Shown here piece after piece: positions 29,569 through 43,550 of a DNA stretch of 64,000 bases; position 1 is the stretch's first letter, and every line of letters starts with the position of its first letter. The stretch is from Eledone cirrhosa (taxonomy: Eukaryota), in assembly GCA_964016885.1 (NCBI GenBank), contig OZ024754.1:9052001-9116000 (forward strand), in the 5' to 3' direction. A program made the translations under genes and the position numbers. The notes below the pieces were generated by a model. It had not been told where the DNA came from and ran no database searches. It saw only the letters and a program-made list of their open reading frames with translations.

Positions 29569-31311
29569 CCTATACGACAACCTCCACTTTGCACTCGATA
29601 GAACATATGAACGTACATAAACAGAATGCAGACCTTGACCTGTCTGGGAGGACAGTAAGCCCTACTTCATTAGATATATATATATATATACATACACACA
29701 CAACAAATATATATATATAAAATATGTACCTCTTAACCACTACACTCCCTTCTATACATTCCTCATGCCCCTACACTCACTTCTGTTCACATTATCCTTA
29801 CACTGTAAGGTGGCCATGTGGATGCCACAACAAAAAGCACCCAGCCCACACTGTAAGGTGGTCGTGTAGGTGTCACGACAAAAAGCACCCAGTCCACACT
29901 GTAAATGTGGTTGGCGTGAGGAAGGGCATCTAGCTGTAGAAACCAAGCCAGAAACAGTTCTATATGAGGAAGGCACAGTCACCTGACCAAACCTGCCTCT
30001 AATGGGACAACCTGTCTAACCCATGCTAGCATGAAAAATGGGCGTTAAACAATGATGATGACATATATATATATATGAAATATATTCTCAATACCTATGC
30101 AGAATTTTGAATTTAAACCTGGAACTCTCCCCATCTACCTTTTAGATCATGTAGTTGTTTTCTTTTTGTTTTAACACACCTGCCATACTGCCTTCCAAAT
30201 TAGGTAACCTGACACCTCCGTCCCATCCCTATACCCCAACCCCACCATATCCAAGATCACTCCACCTCTTTTAAATTCCAACAGATCAGTTGTAGTTTAA
30301 GTTGGACACACACTCATGATAACTTGTTTCACCCCACTTCAAGTATTGGATTGGTACACTATGATTTGTGGTATTTAGTTGTGGCTCTGTGCATTCTGGG
30401 TTCAGGACCTGCCAAGGTCAGTTTTCATCATTCCAAAGTAGATAGAATAAAATATCAAAGTTACTGCTATCATCTTTACTGTCCAGGATCATCCACCCTA
30501 CTCCTCTCACATCCCCTGTCAACCCTAACTACAGTTGTCATACACCTATGGCTTCACACATGCTGACAATAAGTTCTAGGGGAAATTTCAAAATACAGCC
30601 CGCTTCAATTTCTAACAGGAGCTAATTCATTTTTGGTGCTAATGCTCTTGAGAAAAGTATAAGACCCCTATTGTATAAAATATTTTATAATTACGCAGTA
30701 AATAACTATACTGTAGCAGCACATCAAATAACTAATTACACAAGTTGAAGTTAAACAATGTAAAGAATTTCAAATAAAGTTCTGGCTGCAAAGAATTGTG
30801 TTTATTTTGTTCCTGTTACCAATTTATAAAATCTAAGTACCGCTTTTTTTCAAAGCAGAATATGGTTGGCATGTAAATGCTGTGATAATACACTCTAGAG
30901 GAGACAGGGTTCAGCTGTATCAGACAACATTACATTGCAGTTAATGATACTTTTAGATAACCAATTTATTTAGCAACTCTTAACCTATAAGTCTGCTCAA
31001 GCAGATGTTTGCAGCATATAGTTACAGCTCTTTACGGTCTGAGTTTAAATCCTGCCGAGGTTAACTTTGCCTTTCATCCTTACGGGGTCGATAAAATAAA
31101 GCACCAGTAATACACTGGGATAATTGCTGGCCTTGTGCCAAAAGAAGAAACAATTATTTTACCAAAATACAAGGGCAGTGGATTGGCAGTGGAGTGTCAA
31201 ACAACATGCTTTATGTCATAGAGTTACGCCTTTTTATGTACAGATTAGGGCGATTTAACAGCTAAAGGGGTAAACAAGCAGGAAAAGCAGCTATAATGGA
31301 AGTCTATTTGT

Positions 31312-33451
31312 GATGTCATTGGAGAGAAGTGTATCCGGAATAATAAAGGTGAGCTTGCCCTCACAAGTGCTGAGAAGAAAGATGCATGGAAGAGTCATTA
31401 TGATAGATTACTAAATGAGGAGAATGCATGGGAAGAAGAGACCCTACCCCACGTAGACCCTATAGAGGGACCAGCAGTACAAGTCAGCGGCAGCGTAGTA
31501 AGTAAGGCAATCAGAGATATGAAGATAGGGAAGGCAACCGGTCCATCGGGTATAGCTGCCGAGATGCTGAAGGCATCTGGGTCTGTAGGTCACACTATAA
31601 CTACACGTATCGTTAACCAGGTAATACTAGAGGGGGCCATACCAAAAGATTGGTGCAGTAGCATCATTGTCAACTGCTACAAAGGTAAAGGCGATGCACT
31701 AGATAGAGGAAACTATAGAGGTATAAAGTTGATGGACCAAGTCATGAAAGTAACAGAAAGAGTTATAGCACAGCTGATTAGGGACCGGGTGAATATAGAC
31801 GAGATGCAATTTGGGTTTGTACCAGGGAAAGGCACCACTGATGCCCTCTTCCTTGTGAGGCAATTACAGGAAAAGTACCTAGCTAAAAGTAAGCCACTCT
31901 ACTTGGCATTTGTCGACCTTGAGAAAGCCTTTGACAGAGTTCCACGTGCAGTAATCTGGTGGGCTCTTAGAAAACTAGGAGTAGATGAATGGCTTGTGAA
32001 AGCGGTACAAGCCATGTATAGGGGAGCAGTCAGCAAAGTTAGGATTGGCAATGAGTATAGCGAGGAATTTAGCGTACAGGTTGGGGTCCACCAGGGCTCT
32101 GTTCTTAGCCCTCTCCTGTTCATCATAGTCCTGCAGGCAATAACGGAGGAGTTTAAGACCGGATGCCCATGGGAACTCCTGTATGCTGATGACCTCACAC
32201 TCATAGCTGAATCTATGGTAGAACTAGAGAATAAATTCCAAACCTGGAAGCAGGGACTAGAGAGAAAGGGCCTCAAAGTCAACATGACAAAGACTGAGGT
32301 CCTTATAAGTAGACGAGAAAACAGAACCCAGATCCCCTCAGGGAAATGGCCTTGCTCAGTATGTAGGAAAGGTGTAGGTAGGAACTCCATTCTCTGCCCC
32401 AAATGAAAACAATGGGTACACAAGAGATGTAGCGGGATCTCAGGAAGCTTAATTAAGAATGTAGGATTCACATGCAGCAGCTGTGCTGAAACAGCAAGCA
32501 AACAGCCACAGGAAACAAGTACCACCAATCTCTGGGAGGGCCCTGTAGAAACAGTAGACAGCTTCTGCTACCTAGGTGACCGAATTAGCAGCGGAGGTGG
32601 GTGCTCAGAAAGTACAATAACTAGGGTAAGAACGGGATGGAAGAAGTTTAGGGAACTACTACCACTGCTAGCTGCAAAAGGCTTCTCCCTCAGAATGAAA
32701 GGCAGACTGTATGATGCGTGTATCCGAACAGCGATGTTGCATGGTAGTGAGACCTGGGCGCCGAAGGTGGAAGACTTACGTAGATTAGAGAGAAACGAAG
32801 CCTGCATGCTCCGATGGATGTGTAACAGTAATATACGTGAACGACAAAGCATAAAGGAATTGAGAGAGAGACTGAGCATAAGAGGAATCAAATGCTGCGT
32901 GCAGGAGAGGCGGTTACGCTGGTATGGACATGTGATGCGTATGAAGGATGACAGCTGCATAAAAAGGTGCAGAGCACTAGAAGTTGATGGAAACCGCGGA
33001 GTGGGGAGACCCAAGATGACTTGGGATGAGGTGATAAAAGCCGACCTTACCCAACTACACCTCTCAAAGTCAATGACACACGACCGTGACTTCTGGCGTC
33101 ACGCAGTAATACAGGGTACCCGACCTCCCATGGGTACATGCTGAAGCATATAAACAATATGCCCCCCCCCCCACACACACACACCGCAAGGTGGTCGTGG
33201 AGGTGCCACGGCAAAAAAGCACCCAGCCCACACTGTAAAGTGGACGTGTAGGCGCCACGAAAAAGCACCCAGCACTCACTGTAAATGAGGTTGGTGTTAG
33301 GAAGGGCATCCAGCTGTAGAAATCAAGCCAGATCAGTTCCTGTATGAGCAAGGCATGGTCAGCCGACCAGACACTGCCCACAACAGGACAACCCGTCTAA
33401 CCCATGCTAGCGTGGAAGAACGGACGTAAAACGGTGATGATGATGATGATG
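31312..33451 (+). mobile_element. 5'-truncated RTE-type LINE with a complete RT domain and one internal stop
   Basis: NYRGIKL, QFGF, FVDLEKAFD, GVHQGSVLSP and LYADD lie in one frame (31312-33144) with TGA at 32404-32406. A Cys/His module follows YADD, then RRLRWYGHVMRM and a (GAT)n tail. Confidence 0.95.
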
Positions 33452-33453
33452 AA

Positions 33454-33905
33454 ACAATAATAACTGGGAATCAAAGCTGAGTACCTTACTCTAATTACTT
33501 CACATCACATTGAAGTGAAACAATAACTGGGAATCAAAGCTGAGTACCTTACTCTAATTACTTCACATCACATTGAAGTGAAACAATAACTGGGAATCAA
33601 AGCTGAGTACCTTACTCTAATTACTTCACATCACATTGAAGTGAAACAATAACTGGGAATCAAAGCTGAGTACCTTACTCTAATTACTTCACATCACATT
33701 GAAGTGAAACAATAACTGGGAATCAAAGCTGAGTACCTTACTCTAATTACTTCACACCACATTGAAGTGAAACAATAACTGGGAATCAAAGCTGAGTACC
33801 TTACTCTAATTACTTCACACCACATTGAAGTGAAACAATAACTGGGAATCAAAGCTGAGTACCTTACTCTAATTACTTCACATCACATTGAAGTGAAACA
33901 ATAAC
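33454..33905. repeat. 63-bp tandem repeat, about 7.2 copies
   Basis: Unit GAAACAATAACTGGGAATCAAAGCTGAGTACCTTACTCTAATTACTTCACATCACATTGAAGT, period 63. Confidence 0.95.
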
Positions 33906-35498
33906 AAGTATATCTGTCTTAAATACAAACTGATTTGTTATTGTTAGTGTGGAAGATAGACGTTAAACGACAATGATCAGTTCACTGATCAAGCCTAAAT
34001 GATCTCATTTCATTTTACGTCCGCTTTTCCCTGCTTGCAGGGTGGGACGGGAACTGATTCTGGCTTAATTTCTACAGCTGGATGCCCTTCCTAACACCAA
34101 CCTCATTTACAGTGAGTGCTGGGTGCTTTTTTGCCGTGACACCTCCACGACCACTTTGCAGTGGAATGATATGGACCCCAGTCCCTATCATCTCATTTCT
34201 ACAGCTGAGTAAACTGGAGCAATGTGAAATAAAGTGTCTTGCTCAAGGAAACAACACATCACCCAGTCTGAGAATTGAACTCACAACCTTTCGATTGCAA
34301 GGCCAATGCTCTAACCACTAAGCCATGTGCCTCCATCTATTCTATATATTTCGTTGGTATGTTTTGGGGACATATGAAAGAGAAGTAAAGTGAATAACCA
34401 GTTATGTTGCTTTTTTAGTTTCTTCTGTATGTTATTTGTTTTTTATGCTTTTACTGATTTCACTCATTAATTGAAAGTGAAATATTTGTTCTAGATGCTC
34501 TGTGTTGAAATCCTGCCACAGTCAACTGGGCCTTTTATCCTTTTGGGGATTGATAAAGTATCAGCCTAGGGCAGGGGACTGGTGGGATTGTAAGAGCATC
34601 TGTTCTGGATATGTGTTTTTTTTACTTCAAATCTCACCTCCTGACACAGAAGGCTCGTTAGACCAGTGCTTATCCTGGTTTCATGGCGTGAAGTGACCGA
34701 GAGTATAAGACTGCCCCTTGGACAGGATGCCAGTCCATCGCAAGATTAAACCCCCAGCTATTGCCGGTTCACATTTTCAACTGAGTATACTGGAGCAACG
34801 TGAACCGAAGTGTTTTGCTCAAGAACACAACACGCAACCCAGCCCAGGAATCAAACCCACATTGATCATAAGTCCAACACCCTTACCACTAAGCTACACT
34901 CGTTAAAACATCTAAGAAATCTATGAGATGCTACCTCATAGGTGGCCGTTAAAACCTGTGCAGATATCAGCCATAACAGTAACAAAACAACTACTCCCTA
35001 AAGTATAGTTGATTGTGAAAGCCTAGTATTTGTTAAGGGCTGAAGTATGTTTTGGCTCTGAAGAGGGCTCTATTTTGAGGGTTGCAACAATGTTGTCTTC
35101 ATGTTTGGAGGTAGAGTTATAAAATATATAGTTTTCTTTGTGTAGTGATTATATCTTTGTAGCATTGGAGAAAACAAGATTAATATGACTGTAAAAATGT
35201 TTTCAAGGTCACGTTATTCAAGAAACCAGTGCTGGTTTGGCATGATGACAGAGTTGATTGAATCAACCCCAGTACATTACTGGTATTTCATTTTATTGAC
35301 CCCAGAAGGATGAAAGACAAAGCTGACCATAGCAGGATTTGAACTCAGAATTTAAAGAGCAAGAAGAAATATTGCAATGCTATTTAATCTGATGCTCTAC
35401 CAATTCTGCCAATTCACCACCACAGACTGAATACTGGATCAGAGAATATTAGGATGCAATGATAATATGAAAATATCTAAGACAACGTAGAGGTTTAC

Positions 35499-35694
35499 CT
35501 TTAAAGTCTGTGTCAAGACCACTAAACTGCAGTTCAACACCAAGTAAGGCTTCACCCAAAGTCTCATGGTAATGGCTAATGCTTTCTTTAGGGCCACCAC
35601 AGAACGGCAAAGAAAAATATTCGTAGGTTTCCTGCCGATTGTGGTATGGCCCTACCGTGTTCATCCACACGACTACTTCATCTGAATCATCATA
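35499..35694 (-). CDS. TM9SF3: Transmembrane 9 superfamily member 3, coding exon 2
   Basis: TTTCTTTTCCAG acceptor and GTAAAC donor, 196 bp. Encodes [65 protein letters not shown]. Confidence 0.95.
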
Positions 35695-36197
35695 CTGGAA
35701 AAGAAACAGAAAAATATAATTAGTATTCTTACAAGAGCCGACATTGTAAAGTGGTTTAAAGTAGGTTTAAGAGGATGTAGTGTACAAGACTGCAAATACT
35801 GCACTGGTTGGAATATTTGATGTACAGTTGAAGATCACTTCACAAACAATTTTTCCTAACATAAAATATCTTGGGTGACGAACAGTGTCTCAAGTAATAA
35901 ACACGCAAGGCAGCAACATATATATATCATCATCATCATCATTTTACGTCCGCTTCTTCCCTGCTTGCAAGGGTGGGACGGGAACTGATTCTGGCTCGAT
36001 TTCTACAGCTGGATGCCCTTCCTAACACCAACCTCATTTACAGTGAGTGCTGGGTGCTTTTTTTTGCCGTGGCACCTCCACGACCACTTTACAGTGGAAT
36101 GATAGGGACCCCAGTCCCTATCATCTCATTTCTACAGCTGAGTAAACTGGAGCAATGTGAAATAAAGTGCCTTGCTCAAGGAAACAACACATCTCCC

Positions 36198-36232
<35 letters not shown>

Positions 36233-36396
36233 ATAATAATTATGAACACCAAAATCCAAAGAGGGTTCGATAAGGATTATATATATATATATTGGGTTGT
36301 CAAGTATGAAACTCGTAGAAAAAAAAACAAATTTCTACAAATTTCATACTTTGACAACCCTATATTATATATATATTTATTAAATTAATAGATTAA

Positions 36397-36447
36397 AGTT
36401 TAAGCAAAGAATCGCTGCTTTCACCCTTAACGGGATCTTCCGAAACT
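36397..36447 (-). ncRNA. Hammerhead motif with a mutated core (CGGAAGA) inside inverted repeat about 36240-36525
   Basis: AGUUU-CGGAAGA-UCCCGUUAAGGGU-GAAA-GCAG...UUGC-UU-AAACU. A related partial fold-back lies at about 38885-38980. Confidence 0.6.
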
Positions 36448-36603
36448 CAATATTTGCTCTAGGGTTCTTATATATTTGATATATATTTATCCTTATCGAG
36501 CCCTCTTTGGATTTTAGTCTTCATATATATATTATATATATAATATAATATATATATATATTATATATATAATATAATATATATATATTATATAATATAT
36601 ATA

Positions 36604-38322
36604 AGACAATGTCACTGGATCGAGATCTTTGGCGCTACACAGTAATACAGAAGACCCGCCTTGCCTAAGTACAAAGCGAAACCTACAGTCAGTAGGCACC
36701 CCTAACAAAAATACACCCCCGTCCCACCCCATCCACACCACCCCTTTCGATGTAGTCATGTTGGTACCACAACATCCAGTCCAAAATAACTGAGTCGTTT
36801 AGGTGTCACGACAAAAAAACACAGTCCACGCTGTAATGTGGCCGTGTAGGTAACACGGTAAAAACCTCCCAGTCCACACTGTAAACGTGGTTGGTGTTAG
36901 GAAGGGCATCCAGCCGTAGAAAACCCGCCAGACAACCAATCTTGCCTCAAGTGGGAAAATTCCCGTCCAAACCCATGCAAGCGTGGAAGATGGACGTTAA
37001 ACGATGAATATATATATATATAAGTATGTATATATATATATGGCTAAGACCAAAGTTCTAGTTTGTAGGAAAGAAAACAAGGCGGCGGTCCCTTCTGGGA
37101 AATGGTCGTGCTCGGTGTGTAGGAAAGGCGTAGGTAGAAACTCCATTTTATGTCCTAAATGCAAAGTATGGGTGCATAAAAGATGTAGTGGGATCACAGG
37201 TAAGCTAACTAAGAACATAGATTTTACATGTGGCCGGTGTTCTGGTGCAATAAGTAGCAGCAAGTGCCCACATACTAGCTCTTTCAATTGCGCAGAGGGT
37301 TCTATAGAAATAGTGGACAGCTTCCGTTACCTGGGCGATAAAATCAGCAGTGGGGGCGGGTGCTCTGAAAGTACAGTAGCTAGAGTCAGAACTGGTTGGA
37401 AAAAGTTCAGAGAGCTTATACCACTATTAGCTGCTAAAGGATTCTCCCTAAAAATGAAAGGCAGGTTGTACGATGCCTGCATACGAACAGCAATGTTGCA
37501 TGGCAGTGAGACCTGGGCATTGTGTGCAGAGGATATACGCAGACTAGAGAGGAACGAAGCTTGCATGCTCCGCTGGATGTGTAACAGTAATATACGTGAA
37601 CGGCAAAGCATAAACGAACTAAGGAAAAAATTAGAGATAAGAGGGATCAGATGTTGTTTACTCGAGAGAAGGCTACGTTGGTATGGACACGTGATGCGCA
37701 TGAAAGTCGATAGCTGTATAACAAAGTGCAGGGCAATAAAGATAGACGGTAGCCACGGAATAGGCAGACCTAGAAAAACCTGGGACGAGCTGATAAACTC
37801 CGACCTCACACACTTACACCTCTCCAAGACAATGTCACTGGACCGAGACCTTTGGCGGTACTCAGTAACAGAGAAGACCCGCCTTACCACCGAGACCTTT
37901 GGCGGTACTCAGTAACAGAGAAGACCCGCCTTACCCAAATATATAGTAAAACCTACTCCAGCCAGTAGGCATCTCTAACAAAATACACCCCGTCCCACCA
38001 CCCCCACCCCATCCACACCACCCCGTAAAGTTATGTTGGTGCCGCGCCATCCAGGCCGAAACAAATGAGATCGTGTAGGTGTCACGACAAAAAAACACAC
38101 AGTCCACGCTGTAATGTGGCCGTGTAGGCAACACGGTAAAAACCTCCCAGACCCACACTGTAAATGTGGTTGGTGTTAGGAAGGGCATCCAACTGTAGAA
38201 CACCTGCCAGACAGTCCTATGCGAGCAAGACAATCACTCTTGCCTCAAGTGGGACTACCTCCGTCCAAACCCATGCAAGCGTGGAACACGGACGTTAAAC
38301 GTTGATGATGATGATGATGATA
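36604..38322 (+). mobile_element. Two adjacent 5'-truncated RTE LINE copies (36604-37006 and 37040-38322)
   Basis: ORF 37040-37915 is homologous to the C-terminal half of 31312-33144. Both copies share the 3' UTR, end in GAT-type tails and start at (TA)n tracts. Confidence 0.9.
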
Positions 38323-38481
38323 TATACATATACATATACATACATGCACACATATATATATGCACGTATGGATTCACCAAACATTTATTATAATGTTCGG
38401 TGTGTTTGTAAACAAACATCCTGTATTAAGCCGTAGTGTCTAGCAACCACTGTTGCTCGTTTGTTCAACACTGACAAAGGA

Positions 38482-38524
38482 ACGCTGTACTAGTTTCAAG
38501 CTTGTTAGCTATCGTCAGCAATGT
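38482..38524 (-). ncRNA. Minimal type I hammerhead motif, weakened copy
   Basis: ACAUUG-CUGACGA-UAGCU-AACA-AGCUU-GAAA-CUAG-UA-CAGCGU. Confidence 0.75.
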
Positions 38525-38560
38525 ATACCTTCCTGCCAGATAGTTGAAGGTTGAAGGTAT

Positions 38561-38603
38561 ACGTTGCTGACGATAGCTAACAAGCTGGAAACTAGTACAA
38601 CGT
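38561..38603 (+). ncRNA. Minimal type I hammerhead ribozyme motif
   Basis: ACGTTG-CTGACGA-TAGCT-AACA-AGCTG-GAAA-CTAG-TA-CAACGT, with a perfect stem I and a palindromic stem III (ACTAGT). Confidence 0.88.
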
Positions 38604-41600
38604 TCCTTTGTCAGTGTTGAACAAACGAGCAACGGTGGTTGCTAGACACTACGGCTTAATACAGGATGTTTGTTTACAAACACACCGAACATTATAATAA
38701 ATGTTTGGTGAATCCATACGTGCATATATATATATGTGTGCATGTATATATATATATACATACTACTGTACATCTGTATACATATATGTATGTACGTATA
38801 CATAGTTATATTTAAGTAACAGCCGTACTAAGAGTGGGAAATGAAATTTTGTTTCATTTTTTTCGTTTATATAAATTATATATTATTCTAGATTAAAGTT
38901 TAAGCAAAAAATCGTTGCTTTCATCCTATTACGAGATAAAAGCACCAAATTTTTTGTGTAAACTTTAATTTGTAATAATAATATATATAAGCAGTTCATA
39001 TCATAACAGTAGTTTGGTATTTTTCCTCCTGTTTGGTATATTCAATGAAGAATTGTTTCATCAAAACATGATGATGTGTTTGGTAGATATAAAAAGTATA
39101 AGCTTTTCATAACATGTGGACTAGAAGGCTAACATTGAACAAAACAGCATTTACTTTACATGATAATTTAAAGAAACTATTCGATTTTTTGTCTCTTGCA
39201 AATAGAACAGGTTAGATGGTAACAATTTTGTTGTCCTCATACAGAAAAAGATTTCAACATGTGTTAAATCAAGTGATAGGTTAAGTCTATTACACAAGCA
39301 AGTCAGAGTAGAATTTGAACTCAGAATGCAAAGAGCTGAATTAAATACAAACGCAAGAAAATGAATCAAGAGATCTACTGAAACTGAGTTTTAAACTTGA
39401 ATTTTATTTTGCAATTTGGGATTGGTACATCAAAGAAAGATAACAAATGGAAAAAACAAGTGAACTAATTTGTTTTTTGTATGATATTCTTCAACTGGCC
39501 ATAGAACAATGTGACAAAGAGCTCAAACATTTTGTTCCAGCTCTAAAATACAATTGGACATTCTGAAATTCTAAACACATGAGGATTGACAAACAAGTTG
39601 AAAGCTAGTGCTGGGAAAAATTACATTCTCCAGGGAATGTTTATTGAATTCAATTTTTTTTTTCTTTTTCAAATAAACTAGAAAAACTCTGTGCCTTATA
39701 TTGTAATTAATCTTAAAATCTTCCAACTCTGCAAATTATTGTTGCAACTAAAACCTATCACGACTGACAATAAATGTAGAATGACTACAGTTTCTACTGA
39801 ATAAATATCATGACATGTATCTATAACAACTAGAAGGAAATAAACAGGTCAAGGCCACCAGTTGTCTTATTAAGTTTCTAGAAAGCAAAAGAAAAAACTA
39901 TGAAGTCTGTTTTGAGCCCTGAGGCTCACCAGGCTAGTGTTTATCCTGGCTTCCATGTCATGAAGCAACTGAAAGTAGAAGACTTCCTCACTGGGCAAGA
40001 CCATTGCAGGGTTAAGCCCCCAGCTATTGCTGGTACTTATTTTGAACTGAGTATACTGGAGCAACGTAAAAATGAAGTGTTGCGTTCACGAACACAATGA
40101 ACAACCCAGTCCAGAAATCGAACCCACAACATTATGATCATAAGTCCAACACCCTTACCACTAGGTTATCTGCCTCCATAAAGCTACAATCAAAATTTTT
40201 AAAAAGCCATCTAAATTTAAACCACACATCCTGGTGTAAATACAAAAGTTAAAAAAAAAAATGTGTCAGGTCCTTGATAAAACCAGAAGGTCCTCTCTAT
40301 CCTATGTTGACTTGGTTCATTCGTCACCCAGTGCCATCGACTGCAGGTTAAATGGAGAACTCTCCATTTCATGCAGATTTCAATCCCTAACATCACCTTG
40401 CTTGTAGTGATAGCCTGGTCTTTCTAGCACAGTAAGTTGCCAACCATCACGATCCTGTATCATCTCCTTTGTGAGGTTCATATATATAATAAGGGTTTAG
40501 ATCGATATCTAGTGATTTTGATCTCATTGTTTATAATTTGTACAACAAATTCCTTTTGAGAACACGCATAGGAATAATTGTGTATGTGTGTGCATATACA
40601 CATACATACACACACACAAAATATTATATTACACAATTTCTTCACAGAATTTATATTTAACTTCTATCTTGCCTCAGGATACAATAGACTCCTGAAATTG
40701 GATATATAGTAATTTTCTAGAAGTACTCACCAACACCCCGATTAAATTATCCTTATTTTAGAATAAAATCACAACAGTGTTACATTCTATTTAAACTACT
40801 AACGTTAGTACTTTGGCCTAGAATCTTACCAGAGCAATTTCTTTTTTTATTAACCATTTTCCAGAAAAAACTTGCTTATCATATTTTAATCAAAGGAAGA
40901 ACTAGTTCACTTTCGTTTGAATGAAATAACATTAAATAAAATATCTTGTGTAAGTTATAAAATTATAAATACATAAACAATCCAGGAGTGCGAGATTTCT
41001 TTCAAGATTAAATATGCAATTATCATTTAGAATTTTTTACATTTTTAACACATACCGACTTATGCTTCTTTTTATCTCTTTTGTAAGGTTTGAAATGTTA
41101 AGACATTTTAAAGAAAATGCTCCAGTCAGTATGTAAAATTAAATTTAAGAAAAACAAGAAATATCGTTCTCATCTTTACTGCTGCTACCGTGTATTTTCA
41201 AAGTTATAGTATTAAGAATTTGAAGCAAGAGAACACCTAAAATGATGTGTGGTTTATCTTCACTTATAAAGTTTCCTGCATATCGCCCTGATTTTGGAGA
41301 TAATTATTTGTTAAAATTTACAGTATTCTCAGTAAATATTTCCTTTTCACATCTAGCAGTCTGATAAAAACTAAGCTCTGAAAAAGCTTGGAAAATGTTA
41401 TGACAACACTGGATAAGGTTAGGATTCCTGAGCCATTCAATGCCTTAGAGGATTGATTTCAGATCTTGTCGAGGTTAGCTTACAATTATATCCATTTGGC
41501 CTAAAAATAAACACCAGGAAAATACTGATATATAAAGGAAAATGTATATATATATATATATATAAATAAATAACTTGTATATTCCATCAAAAATCACCCA

Positions 41601-42769
41601 GCCCACACTGTAAAGTGGTTGTGTTAGGTGTCATGACAAAAAACACTCACCACACACAGTAAAGTGGTTGTGTAGGTGTCACAACAAAAAGCACCCAGCC
41701 CACACTATAACGTGGTCGTGTAGTTGTCACAATAAAAAGCATACACTGTAAATGTGGTTGGCGTTAGGAAGAGCATCCAACCATAGAAATCTAGCCAGAA
41801 ACAGTTCCTTATGAGCAAGACACGGTCACCTGACCTAACTTGCCTCAAATGGGACAACCTGTCTAACCCATGCTAGCATGGAAAGTGGACATTAAATGCT
41901 GATGATGATGATTGCATCTGGATTTGTTTTTATCTACTCCTGATAGATTAGTTATTACCCTACAACAAATGAACTTCAGAAGAATGGACACCGACCAACA
42001 ACGGAATTCTAAACAACATAACAATTTATTTTTATTTTATTCACCTGCTTAACCTTTTTATTGCCAACCTGTCTGAAACCATACCTGGTTTTATGATACG
42101 ATACTATTTATTTTAAAGTATTTATCATTGTCATCGTAACATCTGCTTTCCCAGCTAGCAAGGGTTGGATGGGTCTATATAAACCAAGTTCGTACTGAAG
42201 TGGAGCAACTGATCTCCCAAGCAAGCCATGTATCGGTGTCATGCTTATGTACGGTCTCACGTTCCATCGATTGCTCAGGAGAGGTTGTCATGTCTGTGAA
42301 ACAACTGAGGGTCCTCCCAACTCTTTGGTTAGCAAGACTGCTATCACCAACCACTTTACAGTATCTACTAGGTATGTTTATCATGTAAATCACCAGCACT
42401 AGGGAGGTTGTTATGCCCTTGACACGACTGGAGGGTCTTCCCGACCCTATGCTTTTCCTATCAACAACTACTTCACAGCACGAACTGGGTGCATTTGTAG
42501 ATCACCAAAACACTAGGGAGGTTGTTATTTATCTAAAAACTGTTCACTATATGTTCCAAACATAATGAGAAAGTTAATATTACAAAATTCCTCAAATGTT
42601 TGATTATATCTAATTTTATTTGAAAACCTTAAGTAGTGTCTTGCATTAGAAATATGGTTAAGAGACTATTTTTCAGAGCTAGCCTTCTTAGATTGAGAGA
42701 ATTTTTACTAGAACAGTTGTTATAAAGTGGAAGCTGTTTATTATAATCATTGATGTTATCTCAACTTAT

Positions 42770-43550
42770 ATACACACAATGTATACACAGCCTATATATA
42801 CTATATATACATTATTTATACACAGCCTATATATACTATGTATACACAGCCTATATATACTATGTATACACAGCCTATATATACTATCTGTACACAACCT
42901 ATATATACTATGTGTACACAGCCTATATATACTATGTGTACACAGCCTATATATACTGTGTACACAGCCTATATATACTATGTATACACAGCCTATATAT
43001 ACTATGTGTACACAGCCTATATATACTATGTGTACACAGCCTATATATATACTATGTATACACAGCCTATATATACTATCTATACACAGCCTATATATAC
43101 TATGTATACACAGCCTATATATATATACTATGTATACACAGCCTATATATATACTATGTATACACAGCCTATATATATACTATGTATACACAGCCTATAT
43201 ATATACTATGTATACACAGCCTATATATACTATGTGTACACAGCCTATATATACTATGTGTACACAGCCTATATATACTATGTGTACACAGCCTATATAT
43301 ATACTATGTATACACAGCCTATATATATACTATGTATACACAGCCTATATATATACTATGTATACACAGCCTATATATATACTATGTATACACAGCCTAT
43401 ATATACTATGTGTACACAGCCTATATATACTATGTGTACACAGCCTATATATACTATGTGTACACAGCCTATATATACTATGTATACACAGCCTATATAT
43501 ACTATGTATACACAGCCTATATACACTATATATATATACACACAGCCTAC
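42770..43550. repeat. Minisatellite with a unit of about 24 bp
   Basis: Unit TATACACAGCCTATATATACTATG with TA-length variants. Confidence 0.95.

Larger units (their letters stand above)
38333..38750. repeat. Near-perfect palindrome of about 420 bp (arms to 38532 and from 38553, 20-bp spacer)
   Basis: The arms are reverse complements, with about 4 substitutions seen by eye plus a (TA)n length difference. Confidence 0.95.

Noticed and set aside
33454-33905. 63-bp repeat as a CRISPR array
   Set aside because: The units are contiguous and near-identical, with no spacers.
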